IMG/VR virus record: IMGVR_UViG_3300023179_000053
Coordinates: 1 to 64,000 of that record
Length of the DNA stretch: 64,000 nt
From: a virus
Direction: 5' to 3' (one strand)
Under the pieces are notes generated by a model. That model searched no databases. It was not told where the DNA came from and saw only the letters and a list, made by a program, of their open reading frames with translations. Every line of letters begins with the position of its first letter. Position 1 is the stretch's first letter. Of this stretch, positions 27,230 through 38,022 are shown piece by piece. The position numbers and the translations under genes were made by a program.

Positions 27230-28012
27230 TTAAAGTAAAGATGGGTTAAGACGAATATTTCTGTTAACCCACAAGATTTTACCATCAGCAACATCTTGTA
27301 AAAGATTGATTGCATCTTTGTAATGAATTGTATTTAAATCTATAGAGGTGCAATCCCAATCTTCTTCTTCCATATCTTCACCATATGATGTATCGATATT
27401 GTCGTATGCATTTCCAAGTTTATCTGAATATGCTTTTGCAAAAGCCCAGACGGTATTCTCATCTCCATAAAATATTGCTTTGCCAAACTCAATTGGAATA
27501 TTTAAAAAGTTGCAAGCAATGTGTTCCATTTCTCTGTAATAGTCTTTTGTATCACCGGACAACCATTTTGGTTGTTCCCAATCCAATGCTAATGCAGTTG
27601 CAAAACCAGCAATACAACCAACTGTATCGCAATTAAATGCTTTTGTTGTTGTGTCAAAAATTGGATTGTTAATACTTGATGATGGAAGATCATTTATCAT
27701 ACAACCTCTATTAATTTCATGAATGTATGTATAATCTTGCTTTACATCTTGATCTATCATGCTTATAAATGTAGCCATATTAAAGCTTTTTTGACCATTG
27801 TATTCAATAGATGCTATTAATTTTTTAAAGTTTTCTTGATCATAATCTGAATATGTTACATCTCTTAATGCTTCATAATTTCTTTGCATGATTTCTGATG
27901 CTTTTTGTGCTATCGAATCATTATGTTGAAATTTGTTACAATCTATATCAATAGCCCAAAGCAAGTCTTTGAGGCTTGGTTTTTCTACTTTATCTTTTTT
28001 TGTGTTAGTCAT
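27230..28012 (-). CDS. Hypothetical protein, paralog of 28349-29206
   Basis: Shared FDTTTKAFNCDTVGCIAGF and ACNFLNIP..GK..FYGD. Confidence 0.75.
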   Translation of the reverse strand: MTNTKKDKVEKPSLKDLLWAIDIDCNKFQHNDSIAQKASEIMQRNYEALRDVTYSDYDQENFKKLIASIEYNGQKSFNMATFISMIDQDVKQDYTYIHEINRGCMINDLPSSSINNPIFDTTTKAFNCDTVGCIAGFATALALDWEQPKWLSGDTKDYYREMEHIACNFLNIPIEFGKAIFYGDENTVWAFAKAYSDKLGNAYDNIDTSYGEDMEEEDWDCTSIDLNTIHYKDAINLLQDVADGKILWVNRNIRLNPSLL

Positions 28013-28348
28013 ATTTTCCTCACTTTATTGTTGTTTTGATAATTTATATTTATTCCATGAATTTGTATAATTTGGATTATATTGCTGAACCCACTCAAAG
28101 TCTTTATCTAACTTTGGTGTTAATCCATAGGAAACCAAAGTATCTAATAAGGCAAAATACTCTGGTGAATCCAGTTTTAATTTAACTAGTTTTTTATCAA
28201 CTGGATCTTTGATATGAATTATTGATTCATCTACTACCGGGATAATAAGATTATAAGATGAGTTAATTGCTGACTGAACAATCAACTCCAACTCAGACTT
28301 AGAATCTTTTTTCTGCTCGGCTTTCTTTTGTTTTTTTAATGGCATTTT

Positions 28349-29206
28349 TTATCCTTCGTATTTTTCAGACAATTTCATGTTGTAATTGTTTTTAGGAGAA
28401 AATGAAATATCTCCATTTCTAATCATTTTTAATGCTGCAATTGCTGCGTTTGCATTAATGCTATTTAAATCAATACCACTGCTGTCATCATATTCATCTT
28501 CAAATTCAAGTGTTTTGAAATCTTCTTGATTAGAAAAGCTATGAGCTAGATAAGCCCAAATACTATCACTATCACCATAAAATAGCTTTTTACCAACTTG
28601 CATTGGAATATTTAAGAAATTACAAGCAACAGTTTCATATAGATCATGATGATTTATATTAAAGTTTGAAGCTTTATTCCAAAGCATATCATTCCAATCT
28701 ACTGCATTTGCAGCACAAAAACCAGCAATACAACCAACTGTATCACAATTGAATGCTTTTGTTGTTGTGTCAAACAATCCCTCTCCTTTTGACTGTGAGA
28801 TAAAATCAGTATTTACACTATAAATACCTTCAGATAGATTTTCTTCATCAAGTTCTTGATGTATTGCTTCTTGGTCTAATATGCCTAAAAATCCTGCCAT
28901 ATTAAAGTGTTTTTTGCCATTTAACTCTATAGATGCAATGACTCGATCAAAATTAAACAAATCATAGTCTTCATATTCAGAAACGCTTAAATATTTCCAA
29001 TTGTCATTTGACAATCTACCCCAAGCCATACTGTTTTTAATTTTGTCATTTGAATCAAACCACCAAGCTGAATCGTGTTCTCTTTCTTTCAACACTTGAT
29101 GATATTCAATAAATGCTTCAATTAATTCTTGAATTGATGGCTTTACAAGGATTTTTTGTTGGTTTAAAACTTTTCCAACTGTTTGTGTATTATCGATAAT
29201 AGTCAT
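28349..29206 (-). CDS. Hypothetical protein, paralog of 27230-28012
   Basis: Shared FDTTTKAFNCDTVGCIAGF and ACNFLNIP..GK..FYGD. Confidence 0.75.
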   Translation of the reverse strand: MTIIDNTQTVGKVLNQQKILVKPSIQELIEAFIEYHQVLKEREHDSAWWFDSNDKIKNSMAWGRLSNDNWKYLSVSEYEDYDLFNFDRVIASIELNGKKHFNMAGFLGILDQEAIHQELDEENLSEGIYSVNTDFISQSKGEGLFDTTTKAFNCDTVGCIAGFCAANAVDWNDMLWNKASNFNINHHDLYETVACNFLNIPMQVGKKLFYGDSDSIWAYLAHSFSNQEDFKTLEFEDEYDDSSGIDLNSINANAAIAALKMIRNGDISFSPKNNYNMKLSEKYEG

Positions 29207-29508
29207 TTTATTCTTCCTCCGATACGTTGTATATTGTTTGTAGTGCTTCTGACATTTTTAATTTATCCCATAACTCATTACAAAAAGATTCGTCTAAGTC
29301 TAAATCATCGTTATTGATTTTAGACCATTGACCTATCTTGTTATTAAATACTACTCCATCATTAAATTTTGATTCGCAAGTTTCATGATCAAGTAGATAT
29401 TGGTTATTATTATTTTTATCTTTCCATGCTTTAATTACGTAATAGAACTCTTTTCTATCTATATTATTATGTGGTTCTGGTTTACCCATTGTATCTTCTT
29501 TCTGTTGT

Positions 29509-29895
29509 TTATTGGATCATTTGTTTTATCGATGAAATCACACCTTTCAAATATTCTTCAACTTGTTCACATTCCTCTGGATTAAATCCAACTAATTCTC
29601 CGGCAACATCTTTTGTAAGAATAACATTGCCAACTATATATTGCCCTGTAAGAAACATAGCAATATGATTTATTGACAGACCTTTATTCAAACCGTCTTC
29701 ATCTACAACAACAACTGCTTCATCAAGTATATTTGTATCAACAAGCAAATGATCTAGTTGAACTATTTCAATCCATCCACCATTTAATAATGATCTAGTT
29801 TCATCAAGCAATATAGATGGATTACCAGATGTGTATACATCTATATCTGAGGAAGTTGAAATTATAATGTGTTTTTGCTGTGTATTAAATGGCAT
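29509..29895 (-). CDS. DUF3846-like protein
   Basis: GGWIEIV...VDEDGL.KGL.IN..A...IVGNVIL. Confidence 0.7.
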   Translation of the reverse strand: MPFNTQQKHIIISTSSDIDVYTSGNPSILLDETRSLLNGGWIEIVQLDHLLVDTNILDEAVVVVDEDGLNKGLSINHIAMFLTGQYIVGNVILTKDVAGELVGFNPEECEQVEEYLKGVISSIKQMIQ

Positions 29896-30188
29896 TTTGC
29901 TTCTCCATTCTTTCTTTGATATTTTTAATTACTGTTTTATTGGTTTGCAATTCTGATAAATCCCACCCTAAATCTTCAAGTTTTTGCCATACCAAATCTA
30001 ACATTTCTGTATCTGTTAGTTCGCCAAGTGGAGTTGTTATTATTTCAGCTATTTCAGTAATAGTTTTACTATACTGACCATGTGTTATTTCAGATTGTCT
30101 GTATGGTCTACCATTGTTATTATTGTTGTAATAGAGACCACCATGTGGATTAAATAACATATTGCCTCCTTTTGTTTTTATTACTTAG

Positions 30189-30262
30189 CGTTTCCGATAG
30201 GATTTGAACCTACAACCTACTGATTAGAAGTCAGTTGCTCTATCCAATTGAGCTACGGAAAC
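30189..30262 (-). tRNA. trnR: tRNA-Arg(UCU)
   Basis: GTTTCCG/CGGAAAC acceptor; ACTGA-CTTCTAA-TCAGT anticodon arm; GGTTCAAATCC. Confidence 0.93.
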
Positions 30263-30264
30263 AA

Positions 30265-30319
30265 TAAAAATGCCGGATAGAATAAAGTGTCGCAGCACTT
30301 TATTATTCTACCCGGCATT
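30265..30319 (-). terminator. Long hairpin plus T-tract upstream of tRNA-Arg
   Basis: AAATGCCGG.TAGAAT..AAAGTG/CACTTT..ATTCTA.CCGGCATTT. Confidence 0.55.
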
Positions 30320-31479
30320 TAGGGGGATTATTTATTATTACCCCTAGTTATTATTGTTTTATTCTATCAAATAATTGTTCAACCATTTTATTTGTTTTTT
30401 CAGCTTGTTGTAAATGTTGTTTAATTGTAATTTTATTACCTTTTGTAGCAAAAAATATTTTAGATCTGTGTACAAACATTTCACCATTTTTAAAATGCCA
30501 TTTCCACATTTCACCTTCTTCTCCACGCCACACTATTTCTGTATCATTTTCAATATATGGAGCAAGAGCACAAAAGAATATATCTTCATTACCTGCTTTA
30601 TTTGAATAGGATATGTCTACAAGATTGTTTTTTTCATCAAAAACTGAATCAAAGCCTAATTCATTTAAAATTTCTTTAAGATCTTTTAATTTGTTATGAT
30701 AATCAGAAGCCATCCAACTAAACCATCTAGCAGGGTGGTAATCTAACCCATCTGGTCTTTTGTCGCCTTTATTTACTTTATCCTCTCCCCCATAGATTCC
30801 GCCATCTTTTAGCAAATCATATGCTGGATTAGAATTAAGTTCACATAAAGCCTCATATGCTTTTTGCACATTTTTGGCTTTAATAATTGCACCATTAGTT
30901 TTAATTGATTGAATATCTACGTAGTAGCCCATTATCTTCCTTTGCTATTTGTTGTATAAAACGCTATCTTGTGGGTATCCACTAGGATACTTTTCATTGA
31001 AGTTTTGAATTGCCAATTCGTAGGCATTATCAAAACCGGGAGTTTCTTCCATTGGTTCATCTATTAATGGAATAAATCCTCTTTCTACTAAGTCAAGAAA
31101 TGCTGACTCTATAAATTTATCTTGTACTTGTTCAGGGGCATTTTCCCAATGTGTTTCATCTACCATTATTCTTCTCCTTCTTCATCTGTAAAAGTTCCCC
31201 ATTTAATTACAATGGCATTATCTCCATGACTATCTGCTTCCCAAGGTTTTTCTGTAACTATATAAGCAAGCCTATTGACCCATCTATAGCCACTTTCAAT
31301 CCACAACTCATTGCCTTCGGCAATCATAGTCCATACTTTTCTTGGCTCAATAGATTGAATAAATTTTTTCTCCACCCCAAATGTTTCATATGTTTTTACA
31401 CGATCATCTTCCATTTCGGGTGAATATTTATCAATCCAATCATCTGGTAACATTACTTTAACCATATTTATCTTTTCCT

Positions 31480-32004
31480 TTACATTGACCAGTGGTCAGC
31501 GCCACCATTTTCGTATAGATACTTTGATACTTTTAGATTACAATCAACATCAAACAGACCATCAATTGATGTACCGCAAATGTTTTTTGTAACTGTTTTC
31601 CAAGTAGAATTAACTTGTAGAAGCCCCAAGTCTTGTGAACCATCTTTGTTTAATTTAGTGTTGTGAGCTTCCGGATTACATCTACTTTCTCTCCAAGCTA
31701 TATAAGAAAATAGCTTTGGTGGAAGACCATACTCAACAAATTTAGATTCCCATTGCGGGCATCTTTCTGTTTCGTCTTTAGGTATTCTCCTTTTAGTTTC
31801 TGCCGGCACTTGTGCCATTGGCAATGTAGATGTAGTTGTAGTTGTCTCTACAGTAGTTGTAGTTTCTACTACAGGAGCATCAACGACAATTACTTGAGCA
31901 GATTCTTGCTTTTCATAATTGTCTTCAACTATTGTTTTTGTAATGACAGCGCCTGTAAAAGCGCCATAAATTAAGCCTATAACTGCTATATAAGGCTGCG
32001 ATTG
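31480..32004 (-). CDS. Membrane-anchored lytic transglycosylase (SLT/lysozyme-like)
   Basis: N-terminal TM, Thr-rich linker, IAWRESRCNP, DLGLLQVN, G..HW. Confidence 0.8.
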   Translation of the reverse strand, partial: QSQPYIAVIGLIYGAFTGAVITKTIVEDNYEKQESAQVIVVDAPVVETTTTVETTTTTSTLPMAQVPAETKRRIPKDETERCPQWESKFVEYGLPPKLFSYIAWRESRCNPEAHNTKLNKDGSQDLGLLQVNSTWKTVTKNICGTSIDGLFDVDCNLKVSKYLYENGGADHWSM

Positions 32005-32151
32005 TAACATATTTTCCTCCAAAGTTTAGGGTTTGCGTTATTACGCATTAGCATTTCTAATAGAAGAAACGTTAGTAAATCAACAACTTTACTTACGTTT
32101 TCTTAGTTACTATTTTATAAATAATCCTCCTTGATATACACTTTTATTTTG

Positions 32152-32228
32152 TGCTGGCGATGGGACTTGAACCCATATGTCACCAGTTAACCTTTCTACA
32201 CTTTATAAGAGTGAGGGTATACGCCAGC
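32152..32228 (-). tRNA. Non-canonical tRNA-like gene with UAU (Ile) anticodon loop
   Basis: Acceptor GCTGGCG/CGCCAGC-A; T arm ATGGG-TTCAAGT-CCCAT; CACT-CTTATAA-AGTG arm; no D arm at the normal position. Confidence 0.7.
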
Positions 32229-32624
32229 TTATGATCTAGTCGTTGTCCCCAGATATGTCTTCTTCCATTTCAAGTAGTGCAATAATTTCTTTGTGCATAC
32301 TTGGTCTATTAGACATATTCTCTGCTAACCGTTCACGAACATTTTGATTATAATGTTGCGTATATGTATTTGAAACTTCTTTCATTGTAATATCATTACT
32401 TTCAGCAAGCTCTTTCATAATGATACTCATATGCATCATAAATGCATATATTAATGCCGGCATAAAAAATGGATTGTCTCCGTGTTCATCAGATAGTGAC
32501 TGAAACAAAGTTTCTAGTATTACTTTATTTTCTTTTGCTGAATTATCAGATGAGTTGATAAATGTATTAAACATTTGCAACGCAATATCTGTAAACAGGA
32601 ATTCATCTTTTTGATTTGTCATAA

Positions 32625-32813
32625 TTATTTATACTCACTAAGAACATAATACGTATATATTTCTCGATTAGAGATTAACCATTCTACCATAGTTATCTCA
32701 TTTTGTCGAGTAAGATAGTCTAGTACATATTTAAATGAATATATATCTCCTCCTTGTTGTTTGATTCTTTTTGTAATTAATTTCATTTTTGTTGGTATGA
32801 TATTTTGTTTCAT
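32625..32813 (-). CDS. Hypothetical protein (MKQNIIP...)
   Basis: 3' part of ORF 32625..32888; the upstream part is the tRNA-Leu gene. Confidence 0.5.
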   Translation of the reverse strand: MKQNIIPTKMKLITKRIKQQGGDIYSFKYVLDYLTRQNEITMVEWLISNREIYTYYVLSEYK

Positions 32814-32817
32814 ATCG

Positions 32818-32890
32818 TGGGTGTAGTGGGATTCGAACCCACACTTTATTGATTTTAAGTCAACTGCCTCTGCCATTGGGCTACACACCC
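32818..32890 (-). tRNA. trnL: tRNA-Leu(UAA) with short variable loop
   Basis: GGGTGTG/TACACCC acceptor; TTGA-CTTAAAA-TCAA anticodon arm; GTGGG-TTCGAAT-CCCAC T arm. Confidence 0.9.
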
Positions 32891-33356
32891 AATTATTTAT
32901 TCGATATCTTCTTGTTCTAATAAATTTGTCAACTCAATGATATCAGCCGGTGTTTCACCTTTTTGAACAAGATCATTGTGATGAGATATATTCTTTGTTA
33001 TTTCCCTAACAGATACGGAATGTGGATTATAGAAATACTCTTTTACAATTCCGGGCTGTTTCTCACCGACTGAATATTCAAATATTCTGGCATTCCAATT
33101 GTCAGGTTTAAAACCGTGTAATCTTTCGCAAATTCTATTAGCAATTGATACAGCTTCAATTACAGTAGATGTATCTTCAACTTTGATAGGGAATCTGTAT
33201 TCTACTATGTAATAGTTATCAAATTTAGGCATTATAATCCTTTACCAGAATACAGAATAAAACCAACTATTGCCATAAGAAATATAAGCCCCCAAGATAC
33301 CAGAGATGCTGTTATTCCCAATACAATTAATGCGGTTAATAAAATTTGCTTTTCTG

Positions 33357-35018
33357 TCATGAGATTTCTTCTATTTGAATACTATCACCATTTACCGGAT
33401 TAAGAAATGCGTTTTTGATTACCATCGAGCTACCATCGTTAGATGTAGACATTATACCTTTCAGATTATTTACAAGCATCGGTGATTTAATCAAGAACTT
33501 TTTACTACCAATTTTTAAGATACAACCTTTAAGAACTTCTGACTTTTCTACTTGAAAGTCTAAGCCTTGTACATAAGGAAGGTCTTTAACTTTTACTTTG
33601 ATATCCTTACTACCAAAATCAATATGTATTAAGTCTTGTTTGTAATGTTCAAACATTAGCTTCCCGATTCTGTTATCAGCAAGATTTCTAAACTCAGTAT
33701 TACCATCTGTGTACCCAGAATCATAATGATCATATTCGTGTATAATAGTAGCAATCAGTGATTCAACACTAGAAGATTTTGCGTGATGTTTATTTATCAG
33801 AATCTGTCTTTCTTGTCTTGGTTTATCTACAAGTATAGTTAGACCAAGCAGGTTTTGACTTTCAGCAGAGAATAACCCTATCTTTCTATGCATTGTTTTC
33901 AAACCTTTTTCAAAGTGCTCTGCTATCTCTAACGCTCTGACAAAGTTGGGGTAGTTTTCGTAATCATACTCAACATCATATTTAAGATCTTCATTTGCAA
34001 TATCAGAAAGTGTTCTGACACCGGATTTCTTAAGTATATAGTACAAGTTTGAAGACAGGCAATGAACAGATGAATACCCTAGTTCTTTAACTTTAAGAGC
34101 TACATTAGGAACTGCTGATTCAATAGAATTCAATAACACTGATTTATCACCGTACTTCAAATTAAAACATTCACCCCAGACATCATTAACTCTATTGTAT
34201 TCAAAAGCAGCTTCTGAAAAATGCCAGAATTCCATATTGTCATTATCAAGTGGTTCAATACCAATAATCTTGTCTAAGATGGTATTAATTACAGCTTTAT
34301 TGTCCATATGGCATAATGCTCTTGCGATATCATAAGATACTAAATACGGAGATGCCAATTTTCTTTCTTCATTTAACTTAAATGACTTGCCATTGTAATG
34401 AAATAAATAGTCTTCATCACTTTCATATACCAGCACAGATTTACAATAAATAGCGGCGGCATTTGTATTTACTGGCTTTAAAATGTCAACTTTATTTATT
34501 GAGCAACTGTAATAAACTTCAGCGTTATCACAATAGTAATAATCGTGATTTCTGTACACTTCCATAATTTTATCGGTTGCTTCAATAAATATTGAGAATT
34601 CGCCTTCTTTGAAATAAACGTCATCTACTAGATCAATTCCCCACAATGACTTATCATTTCTAGCACCATCTTTTGCATTACTTACAACTTCTCGATAAAT
34701 TTGAAATTCATCTTCCCAAGATAATGTGCCGGCATCAACTGTAAATGAAGATGGAATTTGCTCATAACCATAATCATAATATACAACATCAATGCCTTGA
34801 AGTTTTCTTGCAATGTATCTAAGTTGATATGGACCATCTTGGTCATTGCCAACAAATACAAATTCAACACCTTTTCTTAATGCAAGAATTGGTGCGTATT
34901 TAATGCCGGAACCGAATTGACCAATAGTTTCTTCATCATCACGCTTTGTAGATAAACCTAGGTATTGTAAGTTTAGTCTACTAACTTCGTCTGCTTTATT
35001 CCATATTCTTAGATACAT
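33357..35018 (-). CDS. GHKL-like ATPase with a C-terminal HEXXH motif
   Basis: LGLSTK...IGQFGSGIK, REVVSNAKD, HEYDH. Confidence 0.7.
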   Translation of the reverse strand: MYLRIWNKADEVSRLNLQYLGLSTKRDDEETIGQFGSGIKYAPILALRKGVEFVFVGNDQDGPYQLRYIARKLQGIDVVYYDYGYEQIPSSFTVDAGTLSWEDEFQIYREVVSNAKDGARNDKSLWGIDLVDDVYFKEGEFSIFIEATDKIMEVYRNHDYYYCDNAEVYYSCSINKVDILKPVNTNAAAIYCKSVLVYESDEDYLFHYNGKSFKLNEERKLASPYLVSYDIARALCHMDNKAVINTILDKIIGIEPLDNDNMEFWHFSEAAFEYNRVNDVWGECFNLKYGDKSVLLNSIESAVPNVALKVKELGYSSVHCLSSNLYYILKKSGVRTLSDIANEDLKYDVEYDYENYPNFVRALEIAEHFEKGLKTMHRKIGLFSAESQNLLGLTILVDKPRQERQILINKHHAKSSSVESLIATIIHEYDHYDSGYTDGNTEFRNLADNRIGKLMFEHYKQDLIHIDFGSKDIKVKVKDLPYVQGLDFQVEKSEVLKGCILKIGSKKFLIKSPMLVNNLKGIMSTSNDGSSMVIKNAFLNPVNGDSIQIEEIS

Positions 35019-35046
35019 TGCAATACTCCCTTTGTTGTTTTATTAA

Positions 35047-35853
35047 CTATAGAGGATTAGTTGAATTATTAGAGCTAAGAGCCTGAACTCTTGCTGTTTG
35101 AAGTTGTTTATCATCAAACAAAAATTCTTTCAATCTTTGCGCTTGCTCGTCTGTATAAGTAGTAATCTTAAAGTGTGTACAAGGGTATGCTGTGCTTGGC
35201 ACTAAATCTTCAATAATTTCAACTTTTGTTGCTTTGTTGAATTCATTGGACAAGCCAGCTTTGTTGACAACATTTTGAGAAACTAATTCAATAAGCCTAA
35301 TCAGTGCAATTACTGAAGTGTTTAAACTACTGATGACACTGCTATTTTGACTTCTCTCATTAATTGCTGTTAAATAATCTCCTGATTTTACAGGCACAAT
35401 TGAATCTAACACAATATTAATGTCAGTAGCAATAGTATTTACAACTGCGTTCCAAACACTTCTACCTAAGCGGCAATGACTGGCTGGATTTGTTCTTATG
35501 TAATCATCAAGATTACTTTGAATCCAATCATCAGTAATTGCTGAATCATTCATAATATCTTCAACATCGGATCTAATTTCATCCATTACATTAGATGATG
35601 TTAGATACCTATCATCAAATGACTCTGTTAAATCGTCTTTAATTTCCTCTTTGAAAGAGTAAACATTGCTTGAGTCATCAAACCATTCATTAATACGATC
35701 ATCAATTTGCTCATCTTCGAGTGGTTCAATTTTCTCTTTAACTTTGTTATAAACGACATTGATAACATTGTCATTTTTTGCTAGAGACTCAACCAATAAA
35801 TTGATTGGAATCGTGACAGATATTTCATTATTTGTTTGTTCATTTGTTTCCAT
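35047..35853 (-). CDS. Acidic hypothetical protein (probable start METNEQ)
   Basis: SD CAGGAG before ATG 35853. Confidence 0.6.
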   Translation of the reverse strand: METNEQTNNEISVTIPINLLVESLAKNDNVINVVYNKVKEKIEPLEDEQIDDRINEWFDDSSNVYSFKEEIKDDLTESFDDRYLTSSNVMDEIRSDVEDIMNDSAITDDWIQSNLDDYIRTNPASHCRLGRSVWNAVVNTIATDINIVLDSIVPVKSGDYLTAINERSQNSSVISSLNTSVIALIRLIELVSQNVVNKAGLSNEFNKATKVEIIEDLVPSTAYPCTHFKITTYTDEQAQRLKEFLFDDKQLQTARVQALSSNNSTNPL

Positions 35854-36478
35854 GATTTGCTCCTGTTTGGTTAGTATTACATTTCCTGCTATTTCTGTTC
35901 TTTCTATTATTTCCACGGCGTTTTCCTGTTCTAATCGCCCCACAGCGTTTTTATTCTTTTTCTGTATGAAGTTGAGTATGCGTTTCACAACGTATCATCA
36001 CAACTACACTAGGTCCATTAATCCATCACAATATATCTCAGCGAATTCCCATAGTGGGTCGTTCTCATTAACTTCCATTTGTGCGTGGTCAAACCAATCA
36101 GCAAAATGATATACAACTCGCACAATAGTTTCCGTATATTCTGGATCAATGAATACTTCTAGATAATCTGCCGGACCACCTGTACTCAATTCAATTTTAA
36201 TTACTTTTGTAATTACAAATCCAAGTGGAAATTCTACAAGACTATCTTCATTGTATTCATTATCGGATGCGTTTTCTCTGAATTTAGCTACTTCATCTTC
36301 AGATGGTTCTCTATCTTCATTTTTTGTGAATTCCTCGACAAACTGCTCTGTCAATTCATCAAGTTCATCTGCCGCAGTTCCATTATGAAACTTTAGCATT
36401 TTAGCTACAGTTTCATTTCTATGATTATACTGTTCTTTTATGCGCTCTGCGCAAGTTGGCTGTGTCATTTATTATCTC

Positions 36479-37486
36479 CTAACCTTTACTAGTCCATACT
36501 TGTTGGGCAAGCAGGCTCATTGGGAAATCAGTCAATCTATTTTCACGCAGTTTCATATTGTAACGGCTCACAATTAAATATGGCAATGATGTGAAAGTTA
36601 CAGTTTGACCACTACTGATCATTGCTTGTGCTTGTGCAATTACTAATGAAGGACTGCCAAGCTTTGTCAATGCTTCAGTCAATCGTTGCTCATTAACTTT
36701 CTTACCGTAACGGTTATAAATACAAGAAACGGCAGAAATCATTTGGTCTCTAAACATTTCTTTATTGTCAGGATAGGAATTTTTAAGAGTACGCAATGCC
36801 TTTTCCAATACTGCTGGACCGGCATTAGTATAAACTTTACGAACTGCCGCAACACAACGAATTCTATTTGGACCAGGTGCAAAATGTACTTCTGCGCCAA
36901 TTTTAGCAACTACATTTGAAATACCAATAGCAGTTTCATCACCGGCAACAATGCCTGCCTTAAAGATTTGAGCAGGAGTTGGCTTGGTATGTTCTTTATT
37001 AGTTAGTGCAAAGATATGCGCTTCGTCTTCAAGTGTAAGACCAAAGTAAACCAATGCGTTTACATTTGCATCTTTCATTCCCATTTCAAGCATTGCGTGA
37101 TAACGATGGCTACCATCAATGATTGCCAATGTATTATCTTCACGCATTGAACAAGTAATAACACCAAGCAAATCCGGATCAAAATTCTTTACGATTCGAT
37201 TGATTTTTGCTTTCAATGGACTGCGTTGATATTGATAATCAACAAACATATCAGAGATTTTGATTAAAGACGACATCTTTGAAATGTGTCCAACATCAAA
37301 GTTAGCGCCAAGAGATTCGTGTTTTGTAACAATTGGAACATTCAAACTCTTTGCCGCCTCCTTAATTTGTTTATTGTTTTTTGGTTTAACAGGAACAGTT
37401 TTGTTTTTCACTGTTTTCTCCTTTTTGTTGTTGTTAATTAATTGCTTTGATATTTTCATGCTATTTTTCTTACTAGGCGTAGCCAT
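36479..37486 (-). CDS. ParB/Srx-like N-terminal domain protein (DUF6551-like)
   Basis: VD..YQR...I...FDP..LG.I..S.R...IIDGSHR...EA..F..N. Confidence 0.75.
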   Translation of the reverse strand: MATPSKKNSMKISKQLINNNKKEKTVKNKTVPVKPKNNKQIKEAAKSLNVPIVTKHESLGANFDVGHISKMSSLIKISDMFVDYQYQRSPLKAKINRIVKNFDPDLLGVITCSMREDNTLAIIDGSHRYHAMLEMGMKDANVNALVYFGLTLEDEAHIFALTNKEHTKPTPAQIFKAGIVAGDETAIGISNVVAKIGAEVHFAPGPNRIRCVAAVRKVYTNAGPAVLEKALRTLKNSYPDNKEMFRDQMISAVSCIYNRYGKKVNEQRLTEALTKLGSPSLVIAQAQAMISSGQTVTFTSLPYLIVSRYNMKLRENRLTDFPMSLLAQQVWTSKG

Positions 37487-37680
37487 TTATCTTGTCTCTT
37501 TCTGCTGTCATTACACCTTTTTTATATTCTTCAAAGATATCAATGTTTAACATTTCATTGAAATAGTCAATCATTTCTCTTGAAGGTGTATTGTCTTCTT
37601 CTATCATTTTGCTATAATAACCTCTAGCAAACCAATATTTAGATGTAAATGCAACGCCTTTTGATTTTATACCTGGCATA

Positions 37681-38022
37681 TTAAAACAATTTCTCTTTTG
37701 CTTTTTTGTATCTAATCATATGCATTGTTTGATTTACAATTTTGCTACTGATTGAAGTATAATCATCAAGATTAAACATTCTTCTTAAAGAGCCTCTTTC
37801 TCTTGATGTAAAACCACCCCATACTCCAAATTTAATATTTTCATTTAAAGCATAAGCTAAACATTGCTCAGCAACGGGGCATTCTTTACAGTAAGATTTG
37901 GCTTTTTCAGTCTGTTTTTTTAGATTTCTATTATCTTCATCAGACTCAAAATAAAATGTATTTATTGATATACCTTTACAAGCAGCTCTATCTCTCCAGA
38001 TTTCTTTGATTGGACTAAACAC
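37681..38022 (-). CDS. whiB: WhiB-family Fe-S transcription factor
   Basis: WRDRAAC...AK.YC..CPV...CL.YAL...GVWGG.T..ER. Confidence 0.92.
   Translation of the reverse strand: MFSPIKEIWRDRAACKGISINTFYFESDEDNRNLKKQTEKAKSYCKECPVAEQCLAYALNENIKFGVWGGFTSRERGSLRRMFNLDDYTSISSKIVNQTMHMIRYKKAKEKLF

Noticed and set aside
32625-32888. 87-aa ORF as listed, and similarly 15535..15888 (-)
   Set aside because: They overlap clear tRNA genes; only the 32625-32813 part is plausible coding.
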